A stretch of 64,000 bases of DNA from sequence record DRR378314_197; one strand, given 5' to 3'. The translations under genes were made by a program, and so were the position numbers. Of the stretch, positions 41,272 to 51,277 are shown one piece after another (within the stretch, counting starts at the first letter, position 1; each line of letters starts with the position of its first letter). The notes below the pieces were generated by a model. That model had not been told where the DNA came from. It searched no databases and worked only from the letters and a program-made list of their open reading frames with translations.

Positions 41272-41916
41272 TTAAGCTTTGCAGATAATAATATTTATTA
41301 TTTTATCAACGACTTCACCTGTATTACTCACGCCCTGCTCTGCATAATATTCCGCATTGAGTAATCTGAACCCCGCGTCTTGCAACAAGTTACAGGCGAG
41401 TTCCCTATCGTAGAGCTCAAAGCCATAAGGCACGAAGGGCAAATCTTTCATAAATGAACTCTCGCCAAAAGCGAGACAGAATAGCCCCTGAGGTTTAAGA
41501 ACACGTCGAATTTCCACTAAGTGCTCAAGTGGATTGTCCCAGAAATAGAGAGTATGAACGGTCAGAACTTTATCGAATACATTGTTATCAAAATTGAGTT
41601 GAGAGGAATTGCCCTGCTGAAATGTTGCCTGCCCCGAAGTCACTATATCTTCGTTCATGCGTTTCGCTTCGGCAACCATATCTGCTGACCAATCAACGCC
41701 AGTATAGGAGAGGTTATCAGCCCGTTTGATTATGTCAGCAGCAAAAACTCCATTGCCGGGACCAATTTCCAGCAGTGACTCCGAATTTTGTAGGTTTAAA
41801 AGATCTATGCACTTTACGTTCAACTGACCGTTTGCACTGTTCATGTTTAAAGCGACTTCAGAGGCGTGCTCTCCACTAGGATGACGTAGCTGTGAAGCCA
41901 GAATTTGTGGATCCAT
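41272..41916 (-). CDS. Class I SAM-dependent methyltransferase
   Basis: LLEIGPGNG, GVDWSADM, HTLYFW and RVLKPQG motifs. Confidence 0.92.
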   Translation of the reverse strand: MDPQILASQLRHPSGEHASEVALNMNSANGQLNVKCIDLLNLQNSESLLEIGPGNGVFAADIIKRADNLSYTGVDWSADMVAEAKRMNEDIVTSGQATFQQGNSSQLNFDNNVFDKVLTVHTLYFWDNPLEHLVEIRRVLKPQGLFCLAFGESSFMKDLPFVPYGFELYDRELACNLLQDAGFRLLNAEYYAEQGVSNTGEVVDKIINIIICKA

Positions 41917-41950
41917 TTGAGGTTACCCGTTAACAAATAATATTTTTATT

Positions 41951-42571
41951 TTACAAAGCATCGGAAGGCTCTGCTAATTCAGACATACGCTGCCACCTAA
42001 AATACTTTTCATCCGCTAAAGACAACATGGGCATGTCTTCTTCGGTATCACCATAGGCAAATATGGTTTCAAACGCGGACAAATCGAGGGTACGTTTAAT
42101 CCCTTTCACTTTATTATCCAGACTGCAGTCGCCGGAGACATAACGACCTGTCAACTTATTGTCTTTAAGCTCCAGTTCACTGCATATGAACTTAATACCC
42201 TGGGCTTTACACCAAAAAGATAAATATGAATTTAACGATGCTGACACCACATAAATTTCATCACCGCGCTCTTTATGCCATTTAATTTTTGCAAGTGCTT
42301 CTTCTCTTGTAACACTGGGCAAATAGTGTTCGGCAAACTCTTTTGCCGATTCTAAAACTTCAGGTGCTCGGCGGTTCCAAAACACAATTCTGGATAACGC
42401 AGGCCTCGTTCGTGAGGCTTTTAAAAGCCCCAGTTTATAAAGAATAATAATTGGTGCGGCTAAAATCAGAGTTGCTATGATGCGGTGTTTAGGGGTTACG
42501 TAAAACAGGAACTTTGTGTAGGTGTCCTGGTTAGTTATTGTGCCGTCAAAGTCAAAGAGAGCTAAGTTCAT
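41951..42571 (-). CDS. HAD-IB family hydrolase
   Basis: FDFDGT, VVSAS and AYGDTEED motifs. Confidence 0.92.
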   Translation of the reverse strand: MNLALFDFDGTITNQDTYTKFLFYVTPKHRIIATLILAAPIIILYKLGLLKASRTRPALSRIVFWNRRAPEVLESAKEFAEHYLPSVTREEALAKIKWHKERGDEIYVVSASLNSYLSFWCKAQGIKFICSELELKDNKLTGRYVSGDCSLDNKVKGIKRTLDLSAFETIFAYGDTEEDMPMLSLADEKYFRWQRMSELAEPSDAL

Positions 42572-42586
42572 AGTAATTTTATACAA

Positions 42587-42769
42587 TTACTTTAGGTTTA
42601 AAAGGTAATACAGAAAACCAAAAGCTGCGGCAAAGCCAATCAGTACCATAGTTAATAAGAGTTTTGACTTCATAACTGATTTAAAGAAGGCAGCAAAAGT
42701 GGCAAGACCACTTACTCCAAATGTATAGTTCACAAACTCGTCTTTTTCTCTCCGCTTCATCGTATACAT
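42587..42769 (-). CDS. Small hydrophobic ORF, possibly a gene fragment
   Basis: About 60 codons ending in a TM-like segment; no clear RBS. Confidence 0.35.
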   Translation of the reverse strand: MYTMKRREKDEFVNYTFGVSGLATFAAFFKSVMKSKLLLTMVLIGFAAAFGFLYYLLNLK

Positions 42770-42777
42770 AATGTCAG

Positions 42778-43278
42778 TTAAACCGTGATGATAGGTTTTA
42801 TCAGCTGCCAGTACCCTACATCCCACCATTCATTAAACTTAAAACCAACTTTTTCAAAATGAGCGACTTTTTTCATTCCCATTTTCTCATGTAGCGCGAC
42901 ACTTGACGGATTTGGAAGTGCTATACCGCCAATTACCGTATGAATTCCGTGTTCTTTGAGTCTGAGAAAAAGGGCTTCATAGAGCTTTTTACCAAGCCCT
43001 CGACCTCGCATCTGGTTTGCAAGATAAACAGTTACTTCTACTGAAAACCGATAGGCGCTTCGATCTTTCCATTTTGTCGCATAGGCATAACCAACGATAA
43101 TCTCGTTGTCCAACACAACGAGCCAGGGCAAGCTGCACTCCTGAACGTCTTCAATTCTCTGCTGCATCTGGGAGCCTAAAACCGGTGTTTCTTCAAATGT
43201 AATCGATGTATTTTCGATATAATAATTATAAATATCGGCAATAGCATCTGAGTCACCTTTATTAGCATCTCTAATCAT
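42778..43278 (-). CDS. GNAT N-acetyltransferase (Pat/ArsN1-like)
   Basis: IYNYYIENTSITFEE, RSAYRFSVE, SVALHEKMG and VGFKF..WWDV motifs. Confidence 0.9.
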   Translation of the reverse strand: MIRDANKGDSDAIADIYNYYIENTSITFEETPVLGSQMQQRIEDVQECSLPWLVVLDNEIIVGYAYATKWKDRSAYRFSVEVTVYLANQMRGRGLGKKLYEALFLRLKEHGIHTVIGGIALPNPSSVALHEKMGMKKVAHFEKVGFKFNEWWDVGYWQLIKPIITV

Positions 43279-43344
43279 GTCTAGCGTCTATTCACTGGTA
43301 ATTAATCCAACTTAATTAGTCGGTATTTTTCTAACTTCAATTTA

Positions 43345-43797
43345 CTATTTAGCCTGCTTTTTCGGTTGGCAATTTTCTATATACTCGGAATCATCAGGCG
43401 CGACCTCTGTAGTAAAATCGAGCTGAATCGAAGTTACTACGGGAGTGCGTTCTATATTTTCCTCAGATTCTTTCCATTCCCATTGAGAAAGGGCTGCCGC
43501 TGCGTAATCATCAAAAACCCCTTTGGGATAAGACGATCGAATTTTATACCCCTCGGCACGGCCGTCAGAGCCTATGCCCACGATTAGATCAACACAGCCG
43601 GACACTCCATCTCTGGCCGCTGAAGCTGGATATTGGGGATTAACGCGCTTAGCTACAGTCCAATAGTTACCAACGAGCTCGCTGTGTTCAGCGCTGGATA
43701 AATCTAAAAACTGAGTATCTATCTTGTCTTCTTCGGTATTTGATGAACAAGAAATGACAAATAATGCAGATATAAAAACAATGGCAATTCCTTTCAA
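43345..43797 (-). CDS. Lipoprotein with TonB C-terminal domain
   Basis: Lipobox VISC; PQYPASAARDGVSGCV...SYPKGVFD..A..AL.QW. Confidence 0.82.
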   Translation of the reverse strand: MKGIAIVFISALFVISCSSNTEEDKIDTQFLDLSSAEHSELVGNYWTVAKRVNPQYPASAARDGVSGCVDLIVGIGSDGRAEGYKIRSSYPKGVFDDYAAAALSQWEWKESEENIERTPVVTSIQLDFTTEVAPDDSEYIENCQPKKQAK

Positions 43798-43956
43798 TGT
43801 CCTCTCCCTAGGCTCAACTAACTTTCTCTGTTGCAGAACAGACTAAAATATACATAATTTATACAATATACTATACCTAAATAAAAGGAAGTTGACGTCA
43901 TCCACCTATCATTCAGGTTGTTTATCGTGGTTCGGTGAAATAATTAAAAAAAATGC

Positions 43957-44322
43957 CTAAACCCAAACATCGTTCTTCGCCTTAAGCTCACCACCGGCCT
44001 CCCCTGTATTGATAACGCCACTGGGTTCAATTAGAAGTACCTGGCATTCACTCTCAGCAAAGGGTTTATGCTCTACACCTTTAGGTACCACATACATTTC
44101 GCCTTCCGCTAGCTGCACAACACTATCTCTGAACTCAATACCCATTTGTCCCTTGAGTACCAGAAAAACTTCATCGGTGTCTTTATGATCGTGCCAGACA
44201 AACTCACCCTGAATTTTAACGACCTTAATTTGATAATCGTTCATTTCGGCAACCACCCGCGGCGACCAGTGTTCAGAAAACTTACTCAGTTTTTCGGCAA
44301 AATTAACGACGTTTGATGACAT
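43957..44322 (-). CDS. Cupin domain protein
   Basis: [15 protein letters not shown] and VPKGVEHKP motifs. Confidence 0.92.
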   Translation of the reverse strand: MSSNVVNFAEKLSKFSEHWSPRVVAEMNDYQIKVVKIQGEFVWHDHKDTDEVFLVLKGQMGIEFRDSVVQLAEGEMYVVPKGVEHKPFAESECQVLLIEPSGVINTGEAGGELKAKNDVWV

Positions 44323-44403
44323 TGGTATCCCCCTTAACCTTCTTTGTTTTACCGCAAACTGTTAGCAGTGAAATCACTCGATGGCTATTTCAACTGCCAA
44401 TCA

Positions 44404-45432
44404 TTAAGACCTTGCCTCCAATAGCTCCCGTAACGCCTCAGGAAGCAACTCACGCGACTTTTTGGTAATAGCTTTCTCATGCTTTTGCCAGAGGATGCCT
44501 AAGTAAATAATCCCCAGACCAATAGCAGTTAAAGCGGCCGGAAATAGCCAGCTATCCTGGAAAACATCCTGAGCTAAATAACCAAGATAGAAGCAACTTC
44601 CAAGGGCTCCAAGCACCACAAATATCCGGCGAACCAGTAATACACCAACACCGATCATCAGAAGGTTTACGCAGAAATAAACAAATTTTGACAGCTCACT
44701 GTCTGATTCCATAAAAGATAGGCCGCCCCAAAAAGCCAAAGCACCGAAGATATAAATCCAGAAAGCATAGTCGACGGTATCACGCGCACGAATGTCCACC
44801 CAGAATGCGAGACCTATCATTAATAACCCGGTATACAAGGATACGAGTTTTCTTAGTTCCCAACTGATGTCACCGCCAGCAATCATGACGGTAATATCCA
44901 TAGTCATATACCAAAGCGTCACAGCTATAGGCATAACTAAGAACGGATATTTGTATCTCCACGCCATAATGACACCCACAGCCAGGGTAGCCAGTTCCAT
45001 GTATATCCAGTGCCACTTTATGTACCGGTGATACTCACGATAGACAGTTTCGTCGGGCCACACTCCCAACCATTGCTGGAGGCCATAAATAGCCAACGGC
45101 GTTAAGCAGACCACAAAGGTGGCACAGATTCCTGCGGGAATAGATAAGCTTTTAGCGGAGAAAACATGAGTAAACTTTAAGCCAATAGCGGCATAAAGAA
45201 CGGATATCAGAACAATGCCGGCGCCACCGAAAGATTCCCACCCCAGGTTCATAAACAGCGTCATTGCGCCAATAGCAATCAGCCCGCCCAGATAATACAG
45301 CACATGATTGAACGTAAACTGAGGTTTGTCCTGATGTCGCTCTTTAAAGAATTCAAAAAGAGCGTCAGCTTGCGAAGTAGAGATAATGTTTTTATCCGCC
45401 GCTTCGCTTAAGTTCTTCCTTGTAATGTTCAT
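44404..45432 (-). CDS. DUF2157-like polytopic membrane protein
   Basis: IIS..QA..L N-terminus, LYYLGGLIAIGAM, about 10 TM segments. Confidence 0.75.
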   Translation of the reverse strand: MNITRKNLSEAADKNIISTSQADALFEFFKERHQDKPQFTFNHVLYYLGGLIAIGAMTLFMNLGWESFGGAGIVLISVLYAAIGLKFTHVFSAKSLSIPAGICATFVVCLTPLAIYGLQQWLGVWPDETVYREYHRYIKWHWIYMELATLAVGVIMAWRYKYPFLVMPIAVTLWYMTMDITVMIAGGDISWELRKLVSLYTGLLMIGLAFWVDIRARDTVDYAFWIYIFGALAFWGGLSFMESDSELSKFVYFCVNLLMIGVGVLLVRRIFVVLGALGSCFYLGYLAQDVFQDSWLFPAALTAIGLGIIYLGILWQKHEKAITKKSRELLPEALRELLEARS

Positions 45433-45460
45433 AGTCCATCTCTTATTTATTCAGTTTTAT

Positions 45461-46417
45461 TCACGGCGTTTCTGAAACCGCCCCTCTTATTACTCTTTGT
45501 TCATGACGCAATTCGGTCATACAAGTATTCAATGAGTCGTATACTGCGCACAAAAGGAGTGATTTTTCATCCTCTTCTTCCAGTCCCAGTCCGGGCAAAA
45601 GAGTATTCTTACAAACTCGTCGATCTGACCGACTGGAAAAATACACAGAGAAATAAGAGTAAAGCGTATCCCTGTAGCGTTTAAATTCTTCCATGTTACT
45701 CAGGCGATCAGCCATCACGTCAATAATACTATTCATAGTTAAAAGTTTAGGAAAGTCACTAAGATTATCCTGGCCACTAGCTCTCAACTCCTCAGCCGCT
45801 AAAGAGCATTTCTCTAATGTGGGTATCAGAGTGCGACTCACTTTTTTTACATTTTCTTCCAGCTTCTTGTTAGGGGACGAAGAGCCGCTATAGAGAGAAA
45901 TATCACTTGAAACGTCCTCGGAAAACTTAAGGTGTGATGCAGAACCCGCAAGAGCAATAAGCAGAATTTGCGAGTAAATTCTCTCGCTCTGCTCTTCTGT
46001 GCGCGGTCGTATCGACATTAAATAGAGTTGGTCTACCAATTCAGTCCCCTTAGGCCTTTCTAGTGATTGCCCCAGCTCAATAATCTCAGTCGGAGTCATA
46101 CCGTGCACAATGCCACCTACCTCTTTTACTGCATAAGGCAAGGGCCGAAATACTTCCCCATGGGACCGATCAATCACCATCAGGTTCAACGTTTGTATCA
46201 TAGCTTCGTAGTCGGCTTTAGTCGTCGTGTAAGAAAGCTCGTCCAGCGACTGTGCTAATTTTTCATGAGAAGTTGTATCCAGAGTGGCATCCGGAGAACT
46301 CTGAGCATAAGACTGAGGCGTAAAGCCAAGAACGCCTATCAGGAACGCTCCGAACATAAGCTGAGAACTACATTTTAAAGCAGCAGACATTAATGTATCC
46401 GATAAAAAATTAGGCAT
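45461..46417 (-). CDS. Hypothetical exported protein
   Basis: GGAGG RBS before ATG 46417; signal-like segment ending SYA-Q. Confidence 0.7.
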   Translation of the reverse strand: MPNFLSDTLMSAALKCSSQLMFGAFLIGVLGFTPQSYAQSSPDATLDTTSHEKLAQSLDELSYTTTKADYEAMIQTLNLMVIDRSHGEVFRPLPYAVKEVGGIVHGMTPTEIIELGQSLERPKGTELVDQLYLMSIRPRTEEQSERIYSQILLIALAGSASHLKFSEDVSSDISLYSGSSSPNKKLEENVKKVSRTLIPTLEKCSLAAEELRASGQDNLSDFPKLLTMNSIIDVMADRLSNMEEFKRYRDTLYSYFSVYFSSRSDRRVCKNTLLPGLGLEEEDEKSLLLCAVYDSLNTCMTELRHEQRVIRGAVSETP

Positions 46418-46483
46418 CTTCAGCCTCCTGTTTTCCAGCTTCACACTCTATAACTTACATCCACAATCGCATTGCTGCCGCTA

Positions 46484-47350
46484 TTATTTTATTTCAGAAA
46501 GCAGTTCAGAGTTCGTTACTAAGTTTCTTACGCCATGAGCATGGTCTTCTTCAAAAACATTACCTTCGCACCAGTCACCCACCGACTCAATATCAACTTT
46601 GGCGACTTTAGGGCGAACGCTCCAGGTAACCTGAAACGGCGAGCCTTTCTCATTATAGTTGGGGCCGGTAGTTGAACCTGCGTATTGAACTGGCGTTCCG
46701 GTGTCGTCTGGAATATTCACTGCCTGATATAACGCGCCAACCAATTCATGTTCGCTGAGCTCGCCAAAATCACCGGCGTCGTCATCATTCACCAGCACAA
46801 AAACCTGCGCTTCTACTCGCAACTGCGGGTTAACAACAGCATCGTTAAAGCACGCGCCCAAGGTCGAACCTGGTTTTATCTTAGCGGTTGAATAAACGTA
46901 ATGAACTTCAATAGTGTCGCCTGAATAAAGGCTTCCATGTTCGCTTGGGCAAACGTCTGAATCCTCTGGTTCTAGTTCATCCTCAGTTAACTGCCCTGAA
47001 TATTCATAACCAGTAAAATAACCTTTTCCGTCGCCGTTACCTGCGTATTTTGTAAATTCACCGCCTTTGTGCTCGGCATTCTTGTGGAAATGAATATTGC
47101 ACAGGTTCATCTCAGAAGACTCTGGTGCCGCGTTAAAGTTAAGAGTATTGCTACCATTAAAAGAGTCAATGTCACGCGGTGACTGGGGACCAAACCCTTT
47201 CCCCTCAGTATTTTCCACTAGGTTAAGCCGCTGTTGCTCAATAACTTTATCGGACGCTTTCTCATGAGCGCCAGACTGGTCATTCTCAGCGGCAACACTA
47301 AAGGGTAATACAACTAGAATTGCCAGCGTAAAAAGCTTATTCGTTTTCAT
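46484..47350 (-). CDS. Exported delta-class carbonic anhydrase-like protein
   Basis: QSPRDID, NLCNIHFHKNAEHK, TIEVHYVYS, YAGSTTG and HAHGVR motifs; signal peptide; GAGGAG RBS before ATG 47350. Confidence 0.8.
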   Translation of the reverse strand: MKTNKLFTLAILVVLPFSVAAENDQSGAHEKASDKVIEQQRLNLVENTEGKGFGPQSPRDIDSFNGSNTLNFNAAPESSEMNLCNIHFHKNAEHKGGEFTKYAGNGDGKGYFTGYEYSGQLTEDELEPEDSDVCPSEHGSLYSGDTIEVHYVYSTAKIKPGSTLGACFNDAVVNPQLRVEAQVFVLVNDDDAGDFGELSEHELVGALYQAVNIPDDTGTPVQYAGSTTGPNYNEKGSPFQVTWSVRPKVAKVDIESVGDWCEGNVFEEDHAHGVRNLVTNSELLSEIK

Positions 47351-47455
47351 GGGCTTACTCCTCAATGAGAGTGGCATCACCCCAAATTCCGGAGTTACTT
47401 GGTATTCCATCTGCTAGAATAGTCGCTCACATCTGTATGCATTTCAATATATGGA

Positions 47456-49795
47456 ATGATAGCTATGATTTTATTCTCTGTTCTGGTCTCACTCCTCGGC
47501 CTCGCCTTAACGGCAGGTGGCGTCTACCTGCTCACACTTGGCGGCAGTGCCTATTACCTTCTGGCGGGTCTGGTCTTACTACTAAATGCCTGGCTTGGTT
47601 ACAAACGGCATCCGTTAACCCGCACTTTGTTCGCTGTATTCCTGATCCTCACCATGCTGTGGTCATTATGGGAATCTGGGTATGACTGGTGGGCATTAGC
47701 ACCCCGCATAGGTTTATTTTTGGTGCTTGCCATACCTTTGCTACTTTCCAAAGTGGCAGACAATGGCAGGCGCAAAGTATTGCTCCCCGTTTGGGCCGTT
47801 CTCGCGTTAATGACACTGGGCAGCCTTTTCGCGAACCCGCATGACTTATCCGGCAAATTGGATACTCAAGTAGACAGCGAGTCACCTAAACTGGGCAACT
47901 CTCCGGAAGGCAGTTGGTACGCTTATGGCCGGACGAATATGGGTCAGCGTTATTCGCCACTGGATAAAATCACCACCGAAAATGTGGGGCAGTTGGAAGA
48001 AGCCTGGCGTTACCGCACCGGCGACATGAAAGGGCCTAAAGACGTCGGTGAAACCACCTATGAAGCAACGCCATTGAAAATTGGCGATACACTCTATTTG
48101 TGTACACCGCACAATTGGTTAGTGGCACTGGATGCCGACAACGGCTCTAAACGCTGGGTATTTGACGCCAAAGTACCACCGGAAAGCCAGCGCCAGCATC
48201 AGACCTGTCGCGGTGTGTCCTATTTACCACCCAGCTCCGGTGAAGCGCCGTCTGCGGAAAAGCTGGATATAGCAGCCGAAACTCTGGCACCAGTACAATG
48301 TGACGCCGAACTCTTTTTGCCAACTTCTGATGCCCGCTTAATTGCGATTGACCCGGCCACAGGCGCACGCTGTGCAAACTTTGCCGATAACGGTGAACTG
48401 GATTTAACCCACAATATGCCGTTCAAACAAGCCGGTTATTATTACTCTACGTCGCCGCCAGTTGTAGCCAATGGCGTAGTGGTGGTTGCAGGCTCCGTAA
48501 ACGACAACTACGATAAAAACTCACCTTCCGGCGTTATTCGTGCCTATGACGTAAAAACTGGCGAGCTGGTATGGAACTGGGATTCCGGTAACCCGGATGA
48601 AACCGCTCCTATTGCCGAAGATGAAGTTTACACTACCAGTTCCCCTAACAGCTGGTCGGTAGCCAGTGCTGATGAAGAGCTGGGTCTTATTTACTTTCCT
48701 ATGGGGAACCGCACTCCCGATCAGTTGGGTTGGTACCGCTCTGAAAATGAAGAGAAATATTCCAGCTCTGTGGTTGCGCTAAGCCTTAAAACCGGACAGG
48801 TAGAGTGGGTACAACAATTTGTTCATCATGATCTGTGGGACATGGATACCCCTGCCCAGCCGGTATTGCTTGACTTAGACACCGTAAGCGGAAGACAACC
48901 AGCTCTTGTGGTACCCACTAAGCAAGGCGATGTGTACGTGCTGAACCGTGAAACCGGCGAACCTATCTTCCCTATTACCGAAAAATCAGCACCTCAGGGA
49001 ACGGTGGCTCTGGATAATGCCTCGCCAACACAGCCAATTTCAGCGCTAACCTTCCGTCCTCCTACCATGACTGAAAAAGACATGTGGGGAGCGACACCGC
49101 TAGATCAAATGATGTGCCGTATTCAGTTTAAGTCTCTACGCTATGATAGCCAGTACACACCGCCATCAGAACAAGGCACATTGGTGTATCCGGGTAACTT
49201 CGGGGTCTTCAACTGGGGAAGCGTTGCGGTAGACCCCAAACGTCAGGTTATGTTCGGTATGCCTTTATACCTGGCCTTCACACAAACGCTGGTTAAAAAA
49301 GACGGCTCCGACATGGGTCCGGCCAACCAGGGAGAACAAGGTCTGAACTCAAACGAAGGCGCGCCTTATGCGGTGGATATGAAACCTTTGCTTTCTCCTG
49401 CCGGCGTCCCCTGTCAGCAGCCACCATGGGGCTACGTGGCCGGTGTTGACCTGAAAACGGGCGAAACCGTGTATAAGCATAAAAACGGTACTGTTCGTGA
49501 CCTGACACCGCTCCCGCTGCCAATTAAAATGGGCGTCCCCGGTATTGGTGGCCCTATCATCACCGAAGGTGGTGTGGTCTTTATGGCAGCCGCTGTCGAT
49601 AACTACCTGCGCGCTTATGACTTATCCACCGGTGAAGAACTTTGGCGTGCTCGTTTGCCAGCTGGCGGACAAGCCACACCAATGACCTATCTGAACAGTC
49701 AGGGTGAACAAATGGTGGTTCAGGTAGCCGGTGGTCACGGCTCTATTGGCACCACTATTGGCGATTATGTGATTGCCTATAAACTCAAACGCTAA
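47456..49795 (+). CDS. gcd: Membrane-bound PQQ-dependent glucose/quinate/shikimate dehydrogenase
   Basis: Five N-terminal TM segments, RYSPL, TCRGVSY, HHDLWDMD, PCQQPPWG and GGQATPMTY motifs. Confidence 0.9.
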   Translation: MIAMILFSVLVSLLGLALTAGGVYLLTLGGSAYYLLAGLVLLLNAWLGYKRHPLTRTLFAVFLILTMLWSLWESGYDWWALAPRIGLFLVLAIPLLLSKVADNGRRKVLLPVWAVLALMTLGSLFANPHDLSGKLDTQVDSESPKLGNSPEGSWYAYGRTNMGQRYSPLDKITTENVGQLEEAWRYRTGDMKGPKDVGETTYEATPLKIGDTLYLCTPHNWLVALDADNGSKRWVFDAKVPPESQRQHQTCRGVSYLPPSSGEAPSAEKLDIAAETLAPVQCDAELFLPTSDARLIAIDPATGARCANFADNGELDLTHNMPFKQAGYYYSTSPPVVANGVVVVAGSVNDNYDKNSPSGVIRAYDVKTGELVWNWDSGNPDETAPIAEDEVYTTSSPNSWSVASADEELGLIYFPMGNRTPDQLGWYRSENEEKYSSSVVALSLKTGQVEWVQQFVHHDLWDMDTPAQPVLLDLDTVSGRQPALVVPTKQGDVYVLNRETGEPIFPITEKSAPQGTVALDNASPTQPISALTFRPPTMTEKDMWGATPLDQMMCRIQFKSLRYDSQYTPPSEQGTLVYPGNFGVFNWGSVAVDPKRQVMFGMPLYLAFTQTLVKKDGSDMGPANQGEQGLNSNEGAPYAVDMKPLLSPAGVPCQQPPWGYVAGVDLKTGETVYKHKNGTVRDLTPLPLPIKMGVPGIGGPIITEGGVVFMAAAVDNYLRAYDLSTGEELWRARLPAGGQATPMTYLNSQGEQMVVQVAGGHGSIGTTIGDYVIAYKLKR

Positions 49796-49819
49796 ACAAT
49801 ATAGGCGCGAATTGTAAGC

Positions 49820-49898
49820 TAAAGGCTATTTCCAAGGACGAACTCAAGTATTCGCAAACGTTGCCGATACTAAGGCAAACCTACGGAAATAGCCTTTA
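49820..49898. repeat. 14-bp perfect inverted repeat with 51-nt spacer
   Basis: TAAAGGCTATTTCC (49820-49833) and GGAAATAGCCTTTA (49885-49898). Confidence 0.9.
49844..49870 (+). promoter_or_regulatory. Sigma28 (FliA)-type promoter
   Basis: TCAAG-N14-GCCGATAC, 47 nt upstream of the 49918 ATG. Confidence 0.78.
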
Positions 49899-49917
49899 AC
49901 CTTCTGGAGAGAGTGCC

Positions 49918-50406
49918 ATGCCCATCTCTTTATACACGAAGACCGCCTCTTCCAGTGTGCCTTCGGTTAGTACTAAGCCGCTCAACACCACAACGAATAG
50001 CCAACCTGCGAGCGACAAAACCAGTAGCAGCGCCAGTTTTTATGTTGACCTGTCACCTTTGGTTAAAGAACTTACCTCTGCCTCTGAAAAAGGGGAAAGT
50101 TCCCTGCTTTCTAAGAAGGAAAAAATTGACGAAAGTAGCCTTCCCACAGGGCTAAAAGACTTACTAAAACGGATAGCGGAGTACAGAGAAAAGCTTAAGG
50201 AGAAACAGCAGGAACTGCGGGACGTTATGAACGATAGTGCCCTGAGCGATGAAGAACGCAAGGCTCGAATAGACGCTCTGCAAAAGGAAATCAGTAGCTA
50301 TAATACCGCACTTAGCCAGGCCATGCTCCAACTCGGCGAAACGGTTGATCAAATGGACTTAGATGACAAAGCAGTTGCGGAAGTGATGTCCTTGGTTATG
50401 TCGTAA
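49918..50406 (+). CDS. Coiled-coil protein, FlxA-like
   Basis: Ser/Thr-rich N-terminus then coiled coil (LLKRIAEYREKLKEKQQEL...LSDEERKARIDALQKEI); sigma28 promoter upstream. Confidence 0.65.
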   Translation: MPISLYTKTASSSVPSVSTKPLNTTTNSQPASDKTSSSASFYVDLSPLVKELTSASEKGESSLLSKKEKIDESSLPTGLKDLLKRIAEYREKLKEKQQELRDVMNDSALSDEERKARIDALQKEISSYNTALSQAMLQLGETVDQMDLDDKAVAEVMSLVMS

Positions 50407-50497
50407 TGAAAATCCTCACTTTTTGATCTGCATTTGCGAAACTTAACCGCCGCGTATGTACTCTAATTGAAGTGCAATCTTCAAATAGGAGTACGTT

Positions 50498-51277
50498 ATG
50501 TCTATACAAAATAAAGTAGCTTTAGTGACTGGAGCTGGTCAGGGAATTGGACGCGCTATAGCTTTGCGATTGGCAAAAGATGGTGCCGACATTGCCATTG
50601 TGGACCTAAACGAAGACAAGATGAATGAAGTCTCCCGAGAAGTAGAAGCATTAAACCGGAAAGCAACAACATTCAAAGCTGATGTAAGTGACCGGGAGCA
50701 GGTTTACGCTGCCATTGATCACGCTGAAAAAACGCTTGGTGGTTTCGACATCATGGTGAACAACGCCGGTATTGCACAAGTTCAGGCGATTGCGGATGTC
50801 ACTCAAGAAGAATTAGATAAAATTCAGAAAATTAATGTTGATGGTACCCTTTGGGGCATTCAGGCAGCAGCGAAGAAGTTTATTGAGCGCAAACAAAAAG
50901 GCAAAATTATCAATGCCTCCTCTATCGCGGGTCATAACGGTTTTGCATTATTGGGTGTTTACTCATCAACTAAGTTCGCCGTGCGCGCGTTAACTCAAGC
51001 CGCAGCCCTGGAATATGCAAGCCAGGGTATTACGGTAAACGCCTACTGCCCCGGAGTCGTTGGCACCGATATGTGGGTTGAAATTGACAAACGCTTTGCT
51101 GAACTTACTGATGCGCCCGTAGGCGAGACGTACAAAAAGTATGTTGATGGCATTGCTCTTGGCCGCGCGCAAACACCAGAGGATGTCGCAAGTTTTGTAT
51201 CTTATCTGGCTGGCCCCGATTCTGACTACATGACGGGTCAGGCTCCGTTAATTGATGGCGGTATCGTTTTTCGTTAA
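50498..51277 (+). CDS. Acetoin/diacetyl reductase (SDR, BudC-like)
   Basis: TGAGQGIG, NNAGIAQ, YSSTKFAVRALTQ, TVNAYCPG and PDSDYMTGQ motifs. Confidence 0.9.
   Translation: MSIQNKVALVTGAGQGIGRAIALRLAKDGADIAIVDLNEDKMNEVSREVEALNRKATTFKADVSDREQVYAAIDHAEKTLGGFDIMVNNAGIAQVQAIADVTQEELDKIQKINVDGTLWGIQAAAKKFIERKQKGKIINASSIAGHNGFALLGVYSSTKFAVRALTQAAALEYASQGITVNAYCPGVVGTDMWVEIDKRFAELTDAPVGETYKKYVDGIALGRAQTPEDVASFVSYLAGPDSDYMTGQAPLIDGGIVFR

Noticed and set aside
49872-49900. GGCAAACC...GAAA resembling the start of a c-di-GMP-I riboswitch
   Set aside because: The following GGGACGCAAAG segment and second stem are absent; the sequence is explained by the inverted-repeat arm.
50423-50436. Possible FNR site upstream of the acetoin reductase (TTGAT-ctgc-ATTTG)
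   Set aside because: Only one good half-site (7/10), too weak to call.
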